Positions 57,550 through 64,000 of a stretch of 64,000 nt of DNA are shown in pieces. Below the pieces are notes generated by a model. The model was not told the origin of the DNA, did not search any database, and worked only from the letters and a program-made list of their open reading frames with translations. The position numbers and the translations under genes are program-made. Numbering within the stretch: position 1 is the stretch's first letter; every line of letters begins with the position of its first letter. The stretch is from Alphaproteobacteria bacterium (GTDB taxonomy: Bacteria; Pseudomonadota; Alphaproteobacteria; UBA8317). Location: NCBI GenBank assembly GCA_038131935.1, contig JAYPQH010000018.1:173528-237527 (forward strand), read 5' to 3'.

Positions 57550-58940
57550 GTATCTTCACCCTTGTGTCGACTCGGCTATTAAAACTTGAAATATAGATTG
57601 AAGTCTTTGGCAGGCAGAAGAGATACGCAAGAAGGATTGTGAGGAGCACAAAGAAGTTATGTATCGCCAGGCTCTGCGCCGTCCAGATTGAAAGCGTCAT
57701 ACACCAATGAAATGGATTAGCATAGTCATGGGAGGTTATCCATAATATAACACCGTAATCTGTGGTGCCTGACGCCAATTAAGCGATATACGATAACACA
57801 AATTACCAAATATCCGATGCCGGCTGTTAGTACTGCGAATCCTACGTTACCTGAAGGCAGAAGAAGATTTAAGATAAAATTCACCATTGCACCGGACACC
57901 GCAGCAACCGCACTTGAGGAGATCGGTATTCGAACGCCAAACCGCACCAGACTTGATAGTTTACCCGAGCCAAGCACGCAAACTGCAGTACCGGAAACCA
58001 AGAGACAACACCAGAGTAATCCGAAGGCACCACAAACGGCAGGACAAAAGGTGTAAAGCCGCAATCAGAAGAAACGTTAACCCAACATGGAAGTCAAATA
58101 TAGCAACAGACTGCCTTCCCATCTGCAATAATTTTTTCCATAAGTCGAAAAACTGTGGATTTAACGCGTTAAATACGTCAACAGACAGCACGACAATAAG
58201 GAGCCAATGTTGTATGCGTAACTGTATACCGCAACAGCGCCCAAACCAACAACCAGAAATCATTACCCGATCTAGCTGACGAGCGCAGGTCAGACTAAAT
58301 GCAAAAGATATGGAAACGAATATTTTAAGCTTTTAGTGATAACCTAGGTTGAAATTCAACTTTACAAGTGGCCTAAACTTAACGGTGAAAAAAATAAAAT
58401 AAAATGAGGCGCCCAACATTTCACTTATTACAACAACTGCGAATATAAATTATACTCCAACGTCAACAATAAGTAACAGGTAGCAGAAAGTGAAATGTGA
58501 TTTCCTACGGTATAACTTTTAGCAATTGGACGCTTTTAGACTGAAATACAAAATATTGGGTAATCAATAGCTCCAAAAAGACACCAAAAATACATGGAGT
58601 AGCAGAGCGCCAGCTGTCGAAGGAAGTCCAAAGAGTGGTTGAAAGTCCAAAGGCATAGTATAGACAATCGCGGCTGTAAAGATCAGGAATTTGAATATTA
58701 CGGTATTGTCAATTTGAACTCTCAGAGAGTAAGAACTGAATACAGCAGTCTGCCGGAAACCTGCGTGAAGGTTTAAAAAGAGCAGAGGAACAAGCAAAGC
58801 AACCCAAGAGAAAAAAATGCTCACCACTCCAAAGTCGGAAAGCGACATGAAATTTGTAAATATCAGTGTAATGCAAGCAATGAAAGCTTGCCAATCGCTA
58901 CGACCAAAATGCTCGCCAGGGTATGACTTCTGTAGCCATG
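57550..58940 (-). pseudogene. wzx: oligosaccharide flippase Wzx (broken as sequenced)
   Basis: FT..MSLSDFGVVSIFFSWVALLVP...LNLH and A.VNFILNLLLP..G..A fragments; hydrophobic over about 1.4 kb. Confidence 0.72.
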
Positions 58941-58949
58941 CTTGCCTTA

Positions 58950-59586
58950 CTTCAGACTTTTCTGGTTAGAGGAAGTTGCTAATAATGTTGCTAGTTTCAT
59001 GACCACGGGCTGGTCATATAGTGATGCCCACTGCCCATAATGTCCTTGATCACGAAATCAGAGGTATCCAGCCATTTCCATATTGAGTAATGCATTGTAC
59101 ATGCCAATAGCTGCTCTATTAGGCAGTCGGAGCCTCTGCAGGTATCGGGCGGTGTGCTGAATTTAATCAGCAGAAGAACAAATGAATGTCTGTCTGATCT
59201 TTATATATTCTCGCGAAATTTCAGGGCTTGTATATGAAATCTTCTAAATTCATGGAATTTTAGAATATCCTCAGGAGCCAGACAAGTGGTTTGTTAAGAA
59301 TAGGTATGCGCTTTATTATCTGTTGCTCGACAAGTGTTAATACCTTGGCGCACAATGCACAATACCACATTGAATTATCACAAGATCTGTCTAGAGACGT
59401 ATAGTAATGTCGAGGAATCAACAATTGACGATAGTCGACCCTCCATGTCCATAGTGAATAAAATCAATGTGTGGGAAAGTGTTCTTTTAATTTAGCTTAT
59501 ATAGGTTTTCATCTGGTTATATTTCGGCTCACTTCTTGAAACGCTTAACAATCTGTTAATACTAGAATTGACAAGTCAGATTTCAT
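58950..59586 (-). pseudogene. SGNH/GDSL hydrolase-like protein (broken as sequenced)
   Basis: ILVLTD start, DLVIIQCGIV.CAPR (59343-59388) and His-containing C-terminus. Confidence 0.55.
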
Positions 59587-59589
59587 ATT

Positions 59590-60503
59590 ATTTGAACGTT
59601 TAACGTGATGTCATTTGAGCCATTATTTCCAAGTCTCTGACGTGTTGAGACCAAACACAAGGTAGAACGTTCAGCTGACATCCATGTTTCTGACTGCCTC
59701 GCCTGGTTTAAGTCCGTCTCCGACATTGCTGCCACTCCTCAACACTTGCAGTAGAACCGATAGTCGCATTCAATTCTTCCAAGGGACAAAGTTCTAATTT
59801 ATGGTAAAGGTTAACATTATGCCCACTTCCAGGCATCACCTGTACGATATGAAAAAGAGTGCCAGTAGTGGACTCACCCATACCAGCAAACACGGCACTA
59901 CAGATGGAGCCAGGGTAGTGAACTGGCAATCAAGCTGTAGTTAATCAGCTGGCAACCCTGCCAGATGAAGGCAAGATCAATTACATGTGATTTAATTAAC
60001 CAGTCATTGGTCCTTCACCCCGGGTATTTATCAAGTCCCTGAAACAATGTGAGACCACCGCAAAGTCAACGTGAACGACGTCAGACTCCGTCTCGTCAAG
60101 AACTCCTGAGCCTGGAGCATTTGAACTTAGAAACCTGCGGTTATAGCAATGAAACTTAGGCCCATAGTCAGATGCCAATCAAAATTACATTTGACAAGCT
60201 CCGAATGTAATAGCGCCCCGGGTTTCTCGATTAGTAACCCGGTAACCCCGCACGTATGAGGTCTTTAGCAGCATCCGCAAGGCCCTCCCACCTGTTCGCA
60301 ATTACCGCGCGCTCGCAGGATGGGCGATGTGTCAAGATACGCGCGCAAGCCCCCGCCTGCTAGCCTTATCACACCCAATCCGTCTCCTTAAATTTGCAAC
60401 ACCGGCACGCCCACGACCAAAGGAGCATAAGTAAGTCCATGTTGAAGACCCGGCGCATACTCCACAAGCCATAGGGCCAGCACCCACCAATAATATATCC
60501 AAT
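59590..60503 (-). pseudogene. Gfo/Idh/MocA oxidoreductase (broken as sequenced)
   Basis: ILLVGAGPMA, EKPG, YNRRF, HVIDLAF and SAVFAG.G fragments. Confidence 0.75.
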
Positions 60504-60557
60504 ATAGAACCTTGTTGCAGTTAAGTCACCGATAAACTCCGTTGGATGTTCATTAAC

Positions 60558-61509
60558 TTATTGTAGGTGGAAAATTGGAAGGCTCCAATAATTCACTAGA
60601 GCGACTTCAATTGTTGCCCTCCTCTAATGTCGGCAACCCGTTACCTTCACTCGGCGCATGAAGAATTCCGCGACGCGGCCAGCAACCTCACTCAGTAAAG
60701 GAGTTTTATGCTCCTCGCACCAGGAAGAGCCCTTAGCTCTATCGTCAACGAACTCGACGACATTTTGACTCGTTGACAAGAACCTCTTTTATCACAAGAT
60801 CTCATTCGAATGGTGAGGGGCAGGTCGGATCAGAAACTGACTCGATATCAAACATTAGTGACCCAGATATGCCAATTTTCTAAAGAACCGTAAAACTCAT
60901 AAAATCCCCTTGCGTTTGGAGGAAATAATCTCATCGCTAAAACTATGACCAATAATGTTAATATTAGATGTATTGAGAAAAATAACTAAGTCTACGAAAT
61001 GAATCGGCTTATAGCCTAAACCAATACTCCCAAATTCTCTTTTTACTGACATGAATGTTATCGGAGCATTATCGCTCGTAAGGAAGCTCTTTGCACGAAT
61101 ATATTGAAATAAACGCTTCAGCAGTTTACTGTGGCCAAACTTCGTCTCTAGTCAAAAGAAGGGCTTTCGAAGTGCTCACGCCGATCAAAATAAACTTCTA
61201 GCAGAATCGATTTCATTTAAATTGTTGAGAATACGTTCGAGCATCGCGAAGCGCATATCAGAAAGAGTAGCAAACTACTGCATAACTGTTGATACTGGAT
61301 TAATTTGATCAATATTTTCCCAAAATGTCAAAGGAAGAGTTTCTATTATTTACCCCTCCTTTAATGTTCGAATTTAGGCTTCACCCTATCTCTTTGCATG
61401 GGACATAATGGTCAACGATGTGTATGTTTGTATTCCATGATCTAGTAATTATTCGAAGGTGACGATACCCAACATTCCCAAAACCTACGATCAAAATATT
61501 CTTCTGCAT
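60558..61509 (-). pseudogene. Gfo/Idh/MocA oxidoreductase (broken as sequenced)
   Basis: MQKNILIVGFGNVGYRHL, IHFVDL and SKRKG.YEFYGSL fragments. Confidence 0.7.
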
Positions 61510-61540
61510 TCCATCTTCCCATTAAACAACCAAGCCTGGC

Positions 61541-62296
61541 TCATATTGTAAACCTAAGTCATCAATAATCAAATTTCTTGCCCGAAATATAATTTGATTT
61601 GATTGGGGGATAATAAAAATACCACTGCTCCGCTTATGTTTGATTGATTCAACAACCTACCCATGGTCTCGAATTGATATTTTTAATAAATGCTGCTCTT
61701 GGTCATCAAATATTCCGCCCGACTAACGCAATTCACCTGAAGCGAGAGTCGTGTGGCGAAACTTGCGACACATCTAGTAAGATGAATAATCGCGGATTTT
61801 AATAGCCGCGTATTCTACTGGAGCACATCCCGTGCCCTTCATAAATATGAAATGGTGCGACAACTCCATATATTGAACTGATATTTACCAGTGAAATGGC
61901 CGTCTATCCTTTAAAAATACGTAGTCAGATCCACGCATTAGCAAAAAGAAGTCCAAGATTTAACCTGGTTACATTCTCATTAAAACTAGAGGCTCACATT
62001 GCCAAAAAGGTTGCCAGTATTGTGAGCTTCCCGTGATAGCAATTAATGCGACTATCAACTCCTGGATCCGACGCTACAGAAAAATTTCGTAATATCAGAT
62101 CTTACTGGCAATGTCTAGACCTTTAACAATGATCTTATTATTTTGATTGCCGACTATCAGCGAATCTCTTCATTTGACCTCATTTCATCAATATCAACCG
62201 CTATTACGTCAGCGTTCTGATCAATGCAGTCGAGCACGACCGATGCCCCATCGTCATTGATCCGGATCATTATCAATTTTTTTGCCGACAGATCAT
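61541..62296 (-). pseudogene. PtmA-like short-chain dehydrogenase/reductase (broken as sequenced)
   Basis: SLVNISSIYGVVAP, PVEYAAIK, GGIFD and IIDD.FTI* fragments. Confidence 0.8.
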
Positions 62297-62974
62297 TGGC
62301 GCCTCTCCATCAGAAACTCTGCAAAGTCAAAGTCATGTTGATCGTCTACATCAACGGCTCTCTCTCTTGGTATCTCAACCGCGACTACGTTACCGTCAAA
62401 GAGGCCACCGCGCGATCTTTACAAAGGGAGTTGTGCAGTATGCCACCGTTAGCCATCAAAACAGGTGGTGCATCCTAATGTCGCTGAACGGAATTCTGGC
62501 TGGTACACCAAAGACGCTTCCGATTTGCAATTCAGTGAAACCATATTGAAATAAGGCTGTTGTGATGTAGAAACACATAATATTATATCACCATTGCTAT
62601 CAGTTTTGCGCTTCAGCACTGCGCGACATCTCTCTCTCTCTCTCTGCTCGATCGCAAGGGACTTGCTGCCGGCAGAGATATGAAGTACCAAACTCTCCAT
62701 ATTTTTGGAGTACGTAGTCGATCGCATAAGCGCGACAATCCATTCTGGAGACTCGTCTTGAGGCGAGAAAGCTTATCTTAAAATTACCTCAGCACCCTGA
62801 TTTGCTTACTTCGATATCTCGCGACAATCGGTCGACACAAATACACACGATGAAGGAACATTGAAAAGCAACCTGATCGCATATTGACTGGCTTACCGGC
62901 CAATAACTCTTATACATTTTTTCAGGCAATCCCTTTGAACCAATTCGTGCAAATATAAACGCATAGACCTTCAT
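62293..62974 (-). pseudogene. CMP-nonulosonate synthetase, PtmB/LegF/NeuA family (broken as sequenced)
   Basis: MKVYAFIFAR.GSKGLP.K, SPLRS, PYFNMV, DAPPVFD and ERAVDVDD..DF.FAE fragments. Confidence 0.88.
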
Positions 62975-63980
62975 ACCACACCTAATTCGGGAGGCTAAAC
63001 ATTAAAGTTTAGCCTTGTCTGCAGTTTTTATAACGGCGATTTAAGTGTTTATTTTACCGTCGATAATGACTGGCACCGCTTTGTAATTATAAATTCAACA
63101 AACTCTAACCATATTTAAGTACATGTCATTGCGATCCCAATTTAGGGATCCTGAGTAGACCACTAGCCTTTCGTTTTCAGTAAATTAGTGAAACAACTCG
63201 TTTTTAGACACGCACCATTCTATCCGGCCTCTCGCTAATTAATTGAATACGCCGTTGACTAGGTTCTGCAGGAAATCATGCATGTAGGCGACCGTGGAGT
63301 CTGAACCTCGAAGCAGAATATCTGCCACCGCCTCTACCTCAATATCTAGAGAACTTGAGCGAGACAGGAAGGAGCTATAAACCTAGAGCAGGACCTAACA
63401 ACCAAAAAACAAACAATCCAATTCGTGACTCAACTCTTGTACAACCGCCACCCAGCTCCTTTGATGGGAAGAGCCACACCATTCTTTATAACTTTTCTTG
63501 GTATGCCAGGCGGGTGATAACGCCAGAGTCAATGTTGGCGTTAAATATTTGTCCAATTGTAATTGTGACTCTTAGAAGCTGTTTCACGCGTTGTGCAGAC
63601 GGCATGAATCGCAAGCAGTATCCAATAGCCGCCACCGCATCATACTCTGATGGCCATATCAGCTAAGCGGCTAGCGTCGTTAAAACTTGGCGTTAGAGGC
63701 TTTTCAATCAATACTGGATAGCGGCTTTGGAAAAAGCCGCCGCATGCTCGAAGTGCATACTTGCGGGCGACGCGATGAGGCAATCTAGGCCGTATCGCTA
63801 ACGCGTCGCCTAGAGATACAACTGCAAATCATCGGCGTTACCGGGAGTTCAGTTACGTTCCGACTCCGCTACTAGATACTGCAATGACAGAAGAATTTGG
63901 GAATAAAAGCTTGAAATTTCTTCTGTGACGCCTGCGATACTTCCGAGGCCCACCACGCAATACTGATCTTTAGATACAAT
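62975..63980 (-). pseudogene. PtmF-like Gfo/Idh/MocA oxidoreductase (broken as sequenced)
   Basis: VVGLGSIA..RRNF, IASPA..H, VLIEKP, IGYCLRF and LGGG...LSHELD fragments. Confidence 0.8.
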
Positions 63981-64000
63981 ACGTGTCTGAATCAGCGCAA

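Larger units (their letters stand above)
42790..64000 (-). other. Wzx/Wzy-type O-antigen or capsule biosynthesis island, frameshifted throughout as sequenced
   Basis: No long ORFs, but about 20 co-oriented genes are recognisable by frame-hopping; visibly AT-richer than 1-41 kb; continues past the window end. Confidence 0.9.

Noticed and set aside
41600-64000. Alternative genetic code, programmed frameshifting or RNA editing as the cause of the broken ORFs
   Set aside because: Breaks are frame changes in both directions at arbitrary contexts, with extra substitutions; stop reassignment cannot repair them and no recurring slippery motif is visible.
41600-64000. Short ORFs listed in the ORF track as independent small proteins
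   Set aside because: Plus-strand ORFs are antisense shadows and minus-strand ORFs are fragments of the larger broken genes.

Overview
The window has two very different halves. Bases 1-41.3 kb are alphaproteobacterial-type core genome: aroB, a CorC/HlyC transporter, bolA, a J-domain gene, cobS/cobT, gloB, tlpA, argH, a 43-aa LptM-like lipoprotein missed by the ORF track, lysA, yghU, glutaryl-CoA dehydrogenase, rpmB, meaB with methylmalonyl-CoA mutase, a large helicase, a two-ArnT/GT2/LAB_N lipid A modification operon, hbd, a WcaJ-type priming transferase, rlmJ, S4/TerB/fdxA, carD, an RpoH2-like sigma factor, metXW and etfBA. Several of these genes carry isolated 1-nt indels. From about 41.4 kb to the window end there is no long ORF. 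Reading across frames on the minus strand shows an ordered, AT-richer Wzx/Wzy surface-polysaccharide cluster: PtmF/B/A (Ela-like) nonulosonate genes, two further oxidoreductases, an SGNH protein, wzx, probable wzy, two tandem beta-propeller paralogues, a formyltransferase, wbuXYZ, fnlA, an extra 4,6-dehydratase, fnlBC, wbuB and wbuC. It is broken by an indel every few tens of bases, which looks more like unpolished long-read sequence than real decay. I found no tRNA, rRNA, CRISPR array, prophage or intact mobile element. The best candidates for novelty are the tailoring genes of the glycan island and a family of 12-14 bp intergenic tandem repeats. All family calls come from motif recognition by eye, and island coordinates are approximate.
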